Source of the DNA: a virus
Length of the DNA stretch: 64,000 nt
IMG/VR virus record: IMGVR_UViG_3300029319_009305
Span: 1-64,000 of that record
Direction: 5' to 3' (one strand)
A program made the translations under genes and the position numbers. Under the pieces are notes generated by a model. The model worked only from the letters and a program-made list of their open reading frames with translations. It did not search any database and was not told where the DNA came from. Positions 46,458 to 56,431 of the stretch are shown here, one piece after another. The first letter of the stretch is position 1. Every line of letters starts with the position of its first letter.

Positions 46458-46625
46458 ATGCGTTATGCATTGTTAGTTATGCTTCTTGCATGTAGTGATG
46501 AAGTAGAAGATACTGCTGCAGTAGAAGAAGAACAAGAAGCTCAGGTAGAAGATACTTCTGTAGAGGAAGAAGTCGAAGGTGAAGAAGAAGAATCAGCTGA
46601 GGGTGAATCTGAAGGAGAAGAATAA
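46458..46625 (+). CDS. Glu-rich lipoprotein
   Basis: MRYALLVMLLAC lipobox; GGAGG SD. Confidence 0.7.
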   Translation: MRYALLVMLLACSDEVEDTAAVEEEQEAQVEDTSVEEEVEGEEEESAEGESEGEE

Positions 46626-46626
46626 G

Positions 46627-46869
46627 ATGTTTTTATTTTTAATGATTCTTGCGTGTGAAAGTGAGACAACAACTGTTGAGACAACAGAGACGAGTACTGA
46701 TAATGTTCAGACGACTACTGAAGTTGACGTTGCTACAAAAAAGGTATCAGCAGAAACTAGTCAAGTTGTTGAATCTCAAAATACCCCACAAGACAATACG
46801 GTAATAACGGTTACTACAACTGAAATTCCCATGGATGAGTATACTGAAGAAGAAAAATCTAGTGATTAA
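46627..46869 (+). CDS. Thr/Glu-rich lipoprotein
   Basis: MFLFLMILAC lipobox. Confidence 0.7.
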   Translation: MFLFLMILACESETTTVETTETSTDNVQTTTEVDVATKKVSAETSQVVESQNTPQDNTVITVTTTEIPMDEYTEEEKSSD

Positions 46870-46898
46870 CTTACTTTAAACTACACATTCAAAAATTT

Positions 46899-46928
46899 AA
46901 CGCCGGCTAATGCCGGCGTTTTTATTTT
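46899..46928 (+). terminator. intrinsic terminator
   Basis: AACGCCGGC-TAAT-GCCGGCGTT followed by T tract. Confidence 0.85.
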
Positions 46929-46976
46929 AAAAAATTAAAATTACTTGATAATTATAAGATAAAGGTGGAGATAAAC

Positions 46977-47372
46977 ATGAAGCTCACAAAAAGACAACTT
47001 AAAACTTTGATAGAAGGTATGTTTGATGACATGTCACTTCAAACAACTGGTCATGGTGAAGAACCTGGTTACGGTGACCCAAATCTTAGTCCGCACTTAG
47101 GTTTGTCTCCTGATTTAGAAGAACCTGGCGTGCATCCCTCAAGACAAATTGGTACCGGTCAAATGGATGAAGAGGGTATGAAATATTGGGGAAATTACAT
47201 ACTCAAAGAGCTTAATATGGGACCTTTGGATTTGGACAAATTACTTAATAAAGTTGCAGGTGATGATTCAGACGAAAGCATGCGTGACTCAATTTTGTCT
47301 GATCTGATGATTGTGATATCTAAATCAGATCAAATAGAGTTAGGTGAAGATCTTAACATAATAGCAAAGTAG
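46977..47372 (+). CDS. tagged acidic hypothetical protein (MKLTKRQLKTLIEG)
   Basis: Tag motif; GGAG SD. Confidence 0.75.
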   Translation: MKLTKRQLKTLIEGMFDDMSLQTTGHGEEPGYGDPNLSPHLGLSPDLEEPGVHPSRQIGTGQMDEEGMKYWGNYILKELNMGPLDLDKLLNKVAGDDSDESMRDSILSDLMIVISKSDQIELGEDLNIIAK

Positions 47373-47384
47373 TAATAATTTAAT

Positions 47385-47410
47385 AAAAAAGCCTGCGATT
47401 GCAGGCTTTC
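47385..47410. terminator. terminator between convergent genes
   Basis: AAAGCCTGC-GATT-GCAGGCTTT with A tract on its left. Confidence 0.75.
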
Positions 47411-47436
47411 ATCATTTCAATATAGTAATTTATTTA

Positions 47437-47646
47437 CTATTGATTATCTAGATGTTGATTAAGAAAACCTTGTAGGGCACGGGCTTCTTTAACAGTCATC
47501 GTAATTTGAGAACTAGATGTTGAATATTTTGATTCAGGAATTCTAGTTCCAATTGTAAATGTATTTGCACCTGCTTTGTGAGATCTAGTGTCTCTTCGAA
47601 TTCCAAAATTAAATCTTTTCGTGTTTTTAGATTTAGAATAGCTCAT
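47437..47646 (-). CDS. small basic hypothetical protein
   Basis: AAGGAG SD; own TTGTAA-17-TATAAT promoter (47761-47733). Confidence 0.7.
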   Translation of the reverse strand: MSYSKSKNTKRFNFGIRRDTRSHKAGANTFTIGTRIPESKYSTSSSQITMTVKEARALQGFLNQHLDNQ

Positions 47647-47773
47647 ATGTTTTTACTCCTTTACTTTACTAAAACATAAACATTGGTTTTGTTACAAAAA
47701 ATTTATTAATTTTTAATTGAACCAATATTAATATTATAGCTAATTTTTATTACATTTACAAAATTAAATTAAA

Positions 47774-48211
47774 TTAATAGCTGCTTGTTTTCATTAGTTT
47801 GTCAATTATGGGTAGTCTAACGCCCCAATTGGTGTTTTGATTTATTCCCATGTGATGTTCGTGATGCCATGGTAACATTTTTTTACCGAATTCAGTTTTT
47901 ACGTGTGATATCCTGTGCAAGGCATAGTAAGCGCAAACTGACCATACTATCATCGAATAGAAGTAGGGCACAAAAAACAAGAGAGGAAGGTGAACTATTG
48001 CAATGACAAATAAAGCAACAATTTCAAATTTACTACTAATTAATTTAGTGTAGTTTTTATCATACATATTATTTTTTCTAGAAATATTATGATGTCTTTT
48101 GAAATGATTTCTGAATATTTTTTTAAATTTCTTTCTATTGTGCAGGATGTAACGATGTGCGATATATTCAAAAATATGACCATATAGCCAACCAAAAATG
48201 AGCTGCAACAT
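47774..48211 (-). CDS. fatty acid hydroxylase/sterol desaturase-like membrane protein
   Basis: His boxes HRYILH, HFKRHH, HRISH, WHHEHH. Confidence 0.8.
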   Translation of the reverse strand: MLQLIFGWLYGHIFEYIAHRYILHNRKKFKKIFRNHFKRHHNISRKNNMYDKNYTKLISSKFEIVALFVIAIVHLPLLFFVPYFYSMIVWSVCAYYALHRISHVKTEFGKKMLPWHHEHHMGINQNTNWGVRLPIIDKLMKTSSY

Positions 48212-48280
48212 TATAAACACTAAACTAACTAGACCTCCTATATATACTATATACAGTCTGAGTGCCATAATACATAAAAT

Positions 48281-48526
48281 ATGCAAAAAAATATAAAAAT
48301 TGGTGATTTAGTTGAATTTATAGAATACTATGTTGCGTCAGGAATTCAAGGAATGAATCTTACAAAAACCACACCTAAGTACAATTGTCTTGGTATAGTT
48401 TTAAAAACAAAAAATACATCAGTTTCAAGTTCTAAACCTAAGATTAAAACTTTTTGTGTAATGATGCCTGGACGTCATATTGAGTGGGTTGGTGAGGCAA
48501 TGATATCAACTATAGCTTCTTTATGA
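48281..48526 (+). CDS. 'GDLV' family protein
   Basis: IKIGDLVEF...LGIV. Confidence 0.65.
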   Translation: MQKNIKIGDLVEFIEYYVASGIQGMNLTKTTPKYNCLGIVLKTKNTSVSSSKPKIKTFCVMMPGRHIEWVGEAMISTIASL

Positions 48527-48577
48527 TTTTTTGATTTAAATTAATTCTTTATTATACGTATTAATAGGGGGTTAATC

Positions 48578-48832
48578 ATGAATTTACTTTTAGCATTAAG
48601 TATTTTTGTATTTGTGGTTGTTGTTTTTTCAACAATTGTTTTATTGAAAAGTTGGATGAATTTTGTAGATAAACAAAATAAAAGAAAATTTAAATCAAAA
48701 AAGCGTGAAGAATTTGAGATAATAAACTACGTCAGCGATTTTTCAAGGAAAAAAAATCTAAAAGAAACAATTATTGATGTTGAGTGTGAAATCATTAATG
48801 AAAATACTGATATTGTTAGATATTTACAATAA
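48578..48832 (+). CDS. single-pass membrane protein
   Basis: N-terminal transmembrane helix; G-rich SD. Confidence 0.55.
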   Translation: MNLLLALSIFVFVVVVFSTIVLLKSWMNFVDKQNKRKFKSKKREEFEIINYVSDFSRKKNLKETIIDVECEIINENTDIVRYLQ

Positions 48833-48847
48833 AACGGAAATATTTTT

Positions 48848-49600
48848 ATGAGCACTGATGACTTAGAAAGACTTCTAATTAGAAATGAAATTAGACAGTT
48901 TTTAATAGATATTGAATTCTTAAAAGAAGATATCAGGAGCAATCCAGAATTATATTTGTCTGAAAATGTAAGTTTTTTTGATGCTTTGGGAGCGATTGGG
49001 GGAAATTTTGCAGGTGATATATCTGCAGGTGCTTTTAGTGCGTTAACTGAAACGATTATAGACTTGATATTTGAAGTATTAGGAATTACTAGTGACTCAC
49101 TGCTTGAAGCTTTCTTTATTGAATTATTTAAAGAATTTATAGAGAACGTCTTAATCGCCAAGCCAGGTAATATTGCTTTATATATGGATGATAAAAAAGG
49201 TTGCTCTACCCTTGCTGATGACATTACAATGGTAATGGGAAAATCAGGAGGAGACATAATGGTAAAAGTTGTAGTTAACTATATTAAATCAGAAGAATTT
49301 GAAAGAAGGACCAAAGAAAACGAAGGTGGTGAAGGTTCAATAGTTGGAGAATTAATGGGCCAATTATCAACAACAGTATTGAAGGCGTTATCTGACAATA
49401 TGATTGTTGGAGCAATTGGAAAAATAGTCAAAGAAGCTTTCGAAAAAGATATGGTTGAGCAGCTTCAACCGTTTGTTAGAAGAGCTGTGTGCCAGTTAAA
49501 CTTAACTGAAGAAATTCCTAAGATGTTTGGATTTGGTGCGAGTCCAGACTCAGATTCTCCAAAACTACCTCAGCCTGCCATGACAAACGAAGAGGATTGA
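48848..49600 (+). CDS. hypothetical protein
   Basis: Long ORF. Confidence 0.7.
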   Translation: MSTDDLERLLIRNEIRQFLIDIEFLKEDIRSNPELYLSENVSFFDALGAIGGNFAGDISAGAFSALTETIIDLIFEVLGITSDSLLEAFFIELFKEFIENVLIAKPGNIALYMDDKKGCSTLADDITMVMGKSGGDIMVKVVVNYIKSEEFERRTKENEGGEGSIVGELMGQLSTTVLKALSDNMIVGAIGKIVKEAFEKDMVEQLQPFVRRAVCQLNLTEEIPKMFGFGASPDSDSPKLPQPAMTNEED

Positions 49601-49603
49601 TTG

Positions 49604-50437
49604 ATGTACATTGTTGAAGAAAAAAAGCTTAGAAGTATTATAAGAAAATTATTGGAAAAAAGGCAAAGGACCTTAACTGGATTAATGAAGTCTGATGCTG
49701 ATGCAACTAAATTAGCACCGATTCAATTTGATTTTGATTCAATATCTAACAGTAGTGTTGTTACGATAGCAAAAAGTGAATCAGACTTTTGGGAAAATGG
49801 TGAACTAAAAGAGACAGACGAAAAAGCTTATGATCGATTGAATTCTTATTGGTCAGAAGGGGCTGGGTGGTCTGAATCACAGTGGGAACCAGGAAAGACA
49901 CCGTGGAGTGCAGCATTTATTTCTTATTGTATGAAAAAGTCAGGTGAAAGTTTTTATGATGCTGCGGCACATTATGTTTATGCAAAAAAAGCTTTGGATA
50001 ATCGTAAAAAATTAGATGAAGATCCTAATAGCCTTTCGGGGACTGAAGACTATGTTTTATTTCTAAAGGGCGAGGTAGAGCCGGTTCCGGGCGATGTTTT
50101 ATTTTATGTGAGAAGCGGTAACATCAAATCTTGGATCGCTGGTGGCGGTGGTGAGATTGCTTCACATTGTGACATATTTATAGGTGGCGGTTTAGCTATT
50201 GGTGGTAACTTAGGTAATTCTTGCAAAGAGACTAAGGCGTTTGGAAAGCATGAGGCAATCATCAAAAAAGTTAAAGTTGGAAAAGCTACTGAAGGTGAAG
50301 AAGGAGATGATAGCATTACAGGATTAGGAACAGCTGGCGATATCGCTCTTGCCACACCTTTGGCCGGAGGTGTCGTTGCTTATAAAGCCGCCGAAGCTGG
50401 CAAAGAATTCTTCACGCCTGATAAAAAGAAGGATTAG
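49604..50437 (+). CDS. DUF2272-like (CHAP/NlpC-P60-related) putative peptidoglycan hydrolase
   Basis: PWSAAFISYCM, H..Y, PGD, SHCDI and IGGN motifs; tag-like N-terminus. Confidence 0.7.
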   Translation: MYIVEEKKLRSIIRKLLEKRQRTLTGLMKSDADATKLAPIQFDFDSISNSSVVTIAKSESDFWENGELKETDEKAYDRLNSYWSEGAGWSESQWEPGKTPWSAAFISYCMKKSGESFYDAAAHYVYAKKALDNRKKLDEDPNSLSGTEDYVLFLKGEVEPVPGDVLFYVRSGNIKSWIAGGGGEIASHCDIFIGGGLAIGGNLGNSCKETKAFGKHEAIIKKVKVGKATEGEEGDDSITGLGTAGDIALATPLAGGVVAYKAAEAGKEFFTPDKKKD

Positions 50438-50452
50438 TTGATCTTAGAATTA

Positions 50453-50875
50453 CTACAGAATTCTAATTTTTCTTAACCTTGTTTCATAGATAGCGCTTCT
50501 GTCATCTTTGCTTTTAGCAAATCTTTTAATCAATTCTCCTGCTCGGGCATTTGCTTGATCTTCGTGAAATCCACCTGCGTCTTGGATGTGACCTTTTAAC
50601 AGTCCTTGCTCATCCTGCATCATGTGGGTCATTTCATGTGCTATACTTCTGAGTATATCTACTAGTGCTCTATTTTTACCGTATACTTTACATATGTTGT
50701 TACCCACATGATATGCTGCTGTTGTTTTTATGTCATGATCTGATCTATTTGATATGATATAGATTTCAAAATCACCGATTATGGGTAATTCTTCTGCGCA
50801 GAATAAGCAGAAGTCGCCTATTAGATTAATTTTAAAATTATCTAAATTTAAATTTTTATCAACTAGTAGTTTCAT
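50453..50875 (-). CDS. HExxH zinc metallopeptidase-like protein
   Basis: SIAHEMTH and downstream E..ANA. Confidence 0.7.
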   Translation of the reverse strand: MKLLVDKNLNLDNFKINLIGDFCLFCAEELPIIGDFEIYIISNRSDHDIKTTAAYHVGNNICKVYGKNRALVDILRSIAHEMTHMMQDEQGLLKGHIQDAGGFHEDQANARAGELIKRFAKSKDDRSAIYETRLRKIRIL

Positions 50876-50884
50876 TTAAAGCCT

Positions 50885-51718
50885 TCAAAGTTTTAATTTT
50901 ACAAAAGATTTTAGATATTTCAGTCTAGGTCCAAAACTTATATTATTAAAGTCGATTGATGCTTTTGTAATGATACTAATTATCTCTCCTTTTTCGTTTA
51001 TTACCGCACTTCCTGAACTGCCAAATGTTGCAGGTATTGTGTAAAAACATTCATATATGTCGCAACCAGAAAATCTACCTTCAAAATGATTCCTTACTGA
51101 CTTAGAATAGTGCCATTCAGGTGAAGAGATTGCATAAACTTTTTCACCGATCAGAGGATTTCTTTTAGCAAACTTAACATTTTTTGCTTCCCCCGCATGT
51201 TCAGAATTAAATGTTATTATACATATGTCATTTTCCATGTCCATGTATATATCTTGAATATCATGTTGATATCCCATAAAAGATGCAATATTTCTAGTCA
51301 TAGGTTCATAGTCTAAGTTATGTCTGAATGTTTCTGAGACATTATCTTTATTTAAGTCATGACACCAGTGTCCTGCTGTTAATGCATATAGTTTATAGTT
51401 TTTCTTATCAACTTTAAAAATGTAACCAGAAGCTGAGGTTAGGGGTGCTATCAAAGTTTCACAGTCCTTGTAGTCTTCTTCTTTCTGACATATTCTTTCT
51501 GTATCATTTGAACCTGCTACAATTCTTGTTAAGTATATAAAATTTTCATTTAAAGCCGGCGTATTACTTGATTGTTTTAGAGTCTTCTGATAGTTGTTAA
51601 ATTTTATTTTTTCTTCTAAAATATTTTTATTGTAACTACAGCAACCTAAACTCGTAGTAAAAATTGTAATTAGTGCCGTTAATGCTATTGTAAAGTATAA
51701 TAATTTATTTTTATTCAT
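50885..51718 (-). CDS. trypsin-like serine protease, exported
   Basis: LTAGHWC, DICI, GSSGS triad motifs; N-terminal signal. Confidence 0.85.
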   Translation of the reverse strand: MNKNKLLYFTIALTALITIFTTSLGCCSYNKNILEEKIKFNNYQKTLKQSSNTPALNENFIYLTRIVAGSNDTERICQKEEDYKDCETLIAPLTSASGYIFKVDKKNYKLYALTAGHWCHDLNKDNVSETFRHNLDYEPMTRNIASFMGYQHDIQDIYMDMENDICIITFNSEHAGEAKNVKFAKRNPLIGEKVYAISSPEWHYSKSVRNHFEGRFSGCDIYECFYTIPATFGSSGSAVINEKGEIISIITKASIDFNNISFGPRLKYLKSFVKLKL

Positions 51719-51970
51719 GCACACCCCCTTAAAATAGATATGCATTAAAAAATATAATTTGTCAATGTATTAATTTAAATGTTACATAATCACTCCTGAA
51801 TTTGAAATAGAATTTGAATATTTAGATATAGTAATAAGATACTAATGAGTCATATTTTTTTTTACAATTTTTGTAAATTATTAGTGTTTTGTTGAATTAT
51901 TACTCATATAATATTACTTTATTTAACTTAATAGAATATAGAGTATAATTATAGATATAGAGAGCAACGC

Positions 51971-53140
51971 ATGTCAATATTTAAAGAACATAAATCTTCA
52001 GCTGATAGATCTGCAACTGATAGAAGGAGACATAAAGAAAAAATTGAGAAAGCAATAAAAGAAGGAATTCATGATATCGTAGCAGAAGAAAGTATAATTG
52101 GACAAAACGGTAAAAAAAGAATAAAAATACCAGTTAGGGGAATTAAAGAATACCAATTCATATATGGTAAAAACAATAAAAAAGTTGGGTCAGCTCAAGG
52201 TAAGGACATTTCAAAAGGTCAAAAAATAGGTAAGGGTAAGAAAAAATCTGCTCAAGGACAACCAGACAAACCTGGTAATACGGCTGGAGAAGAATTTTAT
52301 GAAGTTGATATAACACTCGATGAATTAGCAAAGTATTTATTTGATGATTTGAATTTACCTGAGTTAGAAAAGAAATCATTTCCCAACATATTTTCTGAAA
52401 CTGTTAAGCGGAAAGGTTATAGAAAGGAAGGAATTAGACCTAGACTTTCAAAAAAAGAAACTTTAAAGAGAAAGATTAGAAGAAAAAAAGCTGCAATATT
52501 AAACGGTACTTATGAAAATGAAAGTGGTGAAAGGTTTCCATTTCACAAAGATGATCTCAAGTATAAACACATAGAAGTGACACAGAAAAATGTTACAAAT
52601 GCAACCATATTTTTTATAATGGATACATCTGGATCGATGAGTAAAAGTAAAAAATTCAAAGCTAGATCCTTTTTCTTTCTCCTATATCAGTTTATTAGAT
52701 ATCGTTATGATAAGACTGAAATTGTTTTTATATCTCATACAACCGAAGCTAAAGAAACTAATGAAAAAGAATTTTTTGAAAGAGGGTCTAGTGGTGGAAC
52801 TTACTTAAGCTCTGGGTTGAGCAAAGCTTTAGAAATTATTGATAAGCGATATCCATCTAATAGTTGGAACATATACGCTTTCCATTGTTCAGATGGAGAT
52901 AATTGGAGTGAAGATAACGACAAGGCAATTAATTTAACAATTAAATTAAGAGACTTAAGTCAATTGTATAGTTATATAGAGATAACTGACGGTAGAAAGG
53001 GTTCTGCCGGTTGGGGAGAACCAATGTCCTCGATTTATAAGAATTTGCAAAATAAATTTTTTAAGATTGTTGAGATAGACAATAAAGAAGATATATGGCC
53101 ACAATTTAGAAAACTTTTCGGGAATTATAAAAATGAGTGA
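51971..53140 (+). CDS. yeaH: YeaH/YhbH (DUF444) vWA-like protein
   Basis: DRRRH, LFDDLNLP, MDTSGSM, FISH, SGGT..SS, WNIYAFHCSDGDNW. Confidence 0.92.
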   Translation: MSIFKEHKSSADRSATDRRRHKEKIEKAIKEGIHDIVAEESIIGQNGKKRIKIPVRGIKEYQFIYGKNNKKVGSAQGKDISKGQKIGKGKKKSAQGQPDKPGNTAGEEFYEVDITLDELAKYLFDDLNLPELEKKSFPNIFSETVKRKGYRKEGIRPRLSKKETLKRKIRRKKAAILNGTYENESGERFPFHKDDLKYKHIEVTQKNVTNATIFFIMDTSGSMSKSKKFKARSFFFLLYQFIRYRYDKTEIVFISHTTEAKETNEKEFFERGSSGGTYLSSGLSKALEIIDKRYPSNSWNIYAFHCSDGDNWSEDNDKAINLTIKLRDLSQLYSYIEITDGRKGSAGWGEPMSSIYKNLQNKFFKIVEIDNKEDIWPQFRKLFGNYKNE

Positions 53141-54479
53141 CGACAACTGGAATTTTGACGATTTAAAACGCTGGGATGATATTATTTGTCAAAAAGCAGA
53201 ATCTTTCGGTTTGGACTGGCATCCAATTAATTATGAAATATGTGATTATTTCGAAATGATTGGACACATGTCGTATCACGGCATGCCTAGCCATTACAAT
53301 CACTGGAGTTATGGAAAATCTTTTGAAGTTACTCACCAGAGATATAATGCAGGTATGTCAGGTCTACCTTATGAGTTGATAATTAATTCTAATCCTTCAA
53401 TTGCTTATCTTATGAGGGAGAATCCGTTATATTTGCAAATTTTAATAATGGCACATTGTGTAGGACACAGTGACTTTTTTAAAAATAATAGAACTTTTCG
53501 AAAAACCGGACCTGAAACAATTGTTTCTAAAATGAGAAATGCAAAAAGACGAATATTTGAATATTCAGAAGATCAAATGATAGGAAAGGACAAAGTTGAG
53601 AATTTTTTAGACGCTTTACATTCTGTAAGATTTCAAACAGAAAGATATGAATTACCTAGACTGACACCTAGAGAAAAGCAAAAGAATTTCATAGATAAAA
53701 TAAATAATTCAAAATTGTTAAAAAATGCTGATCCTGACAAAAGAAAAAGATATGAAAGATTGGTGGGGAAAAAATGGTTAATTGGAAACGATTATGACTT
53801 ATTAGGATTCTTTTTAGACTATGGTGATTTTGATGACTGGCAGTTAGATTTGATCAATATAGTTAGGGATGAATCACACTATTTTATACCTCAAATAAAA
53901 ACAAAAATACTAAATGAGGGTTGGGCATCATTTTGGCATTATAAGATTTTACATGAATTAGAATTGCCTCAAAAATATCACATACCTTTTTTGAAAATGC
54001 ACAATGCAGTAGTCAGACCTCACATAGGTGGGGTCAATCCTTATCATTTGGGTTTTTATTTGTTTCAAAAGATAGAAAGGGAAATGGGATTAGAAGAATG
54101 CTTTTTCATTAGAGAAGTTCATGATGATGCATCAGCATTAAGAGCTTACTTAGACGAAGAAGATATGGTAGAGTTAAACTTTTTCGAGCACCAAAGAGAT
54201 CAAAAAACAGGAGATACATTTATAACAGAAGTATCAGATAAGGATGGTTGGAAAAAAGTAAAACAAGAATTAATAAGAAATACAGGAGTAGCTAGTATTC
54301 CGCTAATATATGTGTCTGAAGTTAATAAAAAATTAAATTTGTTAGAATTAAAACACGAACACGATGGAAGAGACTTAGAGCTAAACTATGCTGAGGAAGT
54401 CGTTAAAAACATTAAACATATATGGGACGGTGAAGTAAAACTATTTACTGTAATTGAAGAAGAAATATGGGAAATTTAA
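53133..54479 (+). CDS. spoVR: SpoVR family protein
   Basis: GMP..Y.HWSYGK, YELIINSNP, AHCVGHSDFFKNN, TKILNEGWASFWH, NPY.LG. Confidence 0.93.
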   Translation: MSDDNWNFDDLKRWDDIICQKAESFGLDWHPINYEICDYFEMIGHMSYHGMPSHYNHWSYGKSFEVTHQRYNAGMSGLPYELIINSNPSIAYLMRENPLYLQILIMAHCVGHSDFFKNNRTFRKTGPETIVSKMRNAKRRIFEYSEDQMIGKDKVENFLDALHSVRFQTERYELPRLTPREKQKNFIDKINNSKLLKNADPDKRKRYERLVGKKWLIGNDYDLLGFFLDYGDFDDWQLDLINIVRDESHYFIPQIKTKILNEGWASFWHYKILHELELPQKYHIPFLKMHNAVVRPHIGGVNPYHLGFYLFQKIEREMGLEECFFIREVHDDASALRAYLDEEDMVELNFFEHQRDQKTGDTFITEVSDKDGWKKVKQELIRNTGVASIPLIYVSEVNKKLNLLELKHEHDGRDLELNYAEEVVKNIKHIWDGEVKLFTVIEEEIWEI

Positions 54480-54491
54480 AAGGGAGAACCA

Positions 54492-56426
54492 ATGTCACAA
54501 AAAAAATTCCTTGAACTTATATCAAAACAAAGACGTAAGAACAAAAAAGAAAAATTCAAAGGTACGTTTCTTGAATACTTAGAGGTTGTACAAGATAAAC
54601 CAACAACAATAAAATTGGCTCATAAGCGATTGTATGATGTAATCAATAATCAAGGTATGAAAACAGTAGATGTTGGTGACGAAGATTATAGGCCATATTT
54701 TAACGGTGAAAAACTTAGAAAATTTCAATATTTTGAAAAAGAATTTTTTGGGATGGAAACTGTTATTCATAAATTAATGCAGTATTTAAAATCAGCTGCT
54801 TTAAAAGGTGAGGAAAGTAGACAAGTTTTACTTTTAATGGGCCCAGTAGGCGCAGGTAAGTCTGCACTTATAGAACATGTTAAGCAGTCATTAGAAATGA
54901 CTGATCGAATCTATCATTTAGATGGGTGTCCCATAAGAGAAGAACCTCTTCATTTAATACCTAGAAGTTTAAGACCTCAATTTGAAGAAATGCTAGGTAT
55001 ACACATTGAGGGAGATTTATGTCCTGTTTGCAGGCATAGACTCATGGAAGAGTTTAATGGAGAATATGAAAACTTTCCTGTTACACAAAGCAGCTTTTCT
55101 CAAAGGGGAAGAAGAGGAATTGCTGTTGTTCCTCCCATGGACGCTAATTCTCAAGATGTTTCTGTTTTAATTGGTACAGAGGATATATCTAAGCTTGATC
55201 TGTATCCAGAAGATGATCCAAGAGTTTTATCTTTAAATGGTGCTTTTAATGTAGGAAATAGAGGGATTGTAGAATTTGTAGAAGTTTTTAAGAATGAAAT
55301 TGAATTTCTTCACACAATGTTAACAGCTACCCAGGAAAAGCGTGTACCTTCACCTGGAAAAAATGATATGCTTTATTTTGACGGTGTGTTGTTAACACAC
55401 TGTAACGAATCAGAATGGAACAGATTCAAGGGTGAGCATACAAATGAGGCAATTTTAGATAGGGTTTTGAAAATTAACGTGCCGTATGTTTTAGAGTTAG
55501 ATCAGGAAATGAAAATTTATGAAAAAATGATTAATAGGTCAGACTTTAAATCAGCACATATCGCACCACATACTTTGAAAATTGCTTCAATGTTTTCTGT
55601 TATGAGTAGGTTTATTCCATCCTCAAAATGTGATTTATTGACAAAGATGAAAATCTACAATGGCGAATCAATAATTGAAAAAGGTAGGGTTAAAAAAATA
55701 GATATTAAAGATTTAAGAGCTGAAGCGCGTAACGAGGGAATGGAAGGCATATCCACAAGATTTATTACAAAATCTCTGGATAGGGCTTTAAGCGATTCAG
55801 ATAAGAATATGATTACACCAATTAATGCTATCGATAGTTTAGTTAAGCAAGTAAAAGAACAAATAATCGATGACGATGCAAGAGAACGCTACTTAGAAAT
55901 CTTGCAAGATATAATTCGTGAAGAATATTTAAGAATTCTTGAAACAGAAATTGCAAAAGCTTTCATAGCAGCTTACGAGGAACAAGCACAGAGTTTATTT
56001 GATTCATACTTAGACAATGCTGAATGTTATACTACTAGAACAAAAGTTAAGGATAGAATTACAAGAGAAGAAAGAGAACCTGATGAAAAATTTATGAAGT
56101 CAATTGAAGAGATGATTGGTGTTGTAGGTTCTGCTAGGGATGGATTTAGAAACGATGTAACAGCTTATATGTTTGCAAAAATGAGAAAAGGGGAAAAGGT
56201 TGATTATTCAAGCTACGGACCGCTTAAAGAAGCAATCGAGCAATTTTTAATTACATCAGTTAAAGACATATCTAGAATTGTTACGAAGTCAAAAAGTAGA
56301 GATGACAAACAAAAAAGAAAGTATTCGAATATGATTAATACGCTTGTCGAAGATTATGGTTATACACCTGATAGTGCTGAGGAAATATTGACTTACGCAG
56401 CTAATAATCTTTGGAGAGACAGTTAG
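54492..56426 (+). CDS. prkA: PrkA/YeaG family AAA+ protein
   Basis: LLMGPVGAGKS, CPIREEPL, NRGIVEFVEVFK, LTATQE, NEAILDR, EGMEGISTR. Confidence 0.93.
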   Translation: MSQKKFLELISKQRRKNKKEKFKGTFLEYLEVVQDKPTTIKLAHKRLYDVINNQGMKTVDVGDEDYRPYFNGEKLRKFQYFEKEFFGMETVIHKLMQYLKSAALKGEESRQVLLLMGPVGAGKSALIEHVKQSLEMTDRIYHLDGCPIREEPLHLIPRSLRPQFEEMLGIHIEGDLCPVCRHRLMEEFNGEYENFPVTQSSFSQRGRRGIAVVPPMDANSQDVSVLIGTEDISKLDLYPEDDPRVLSLNGAFNVGNRGIVEFVEVFKNEIEFLHTMLTATQEKRVPSPGKNDMLYFDGVLLTHCNESEWNRFKGEHTNEAILDRVLKINVPYVLELDQEMKIYEKMINRSDFKSAHIAPHTLKIASMFSVMSRFIPSSKCDLLTKMKIYNGESIIEKGRVKKIDIKDLRAEARNEGMEGISTRFITKSLDRALSDSDKNMITPINAIDSLVKQVKEQIIDDDARERYLEILQDIIREEYLRILETEIAKAFIAAYEEQAQSLFDSYLDNAECYTTRTKVKDRITREEREPDEKFMKSIEEMIGVVGSARDGFRNDVTAYMFAKMRKGEKVDYSSYGPLKEAIEQFLITSVKDISRIVTKSKSRDDKQKRKYSNMINTLVEDYGYTPDSAEEILTYAANNLWRDS

Positions 56427-56431
56427 GAAGA

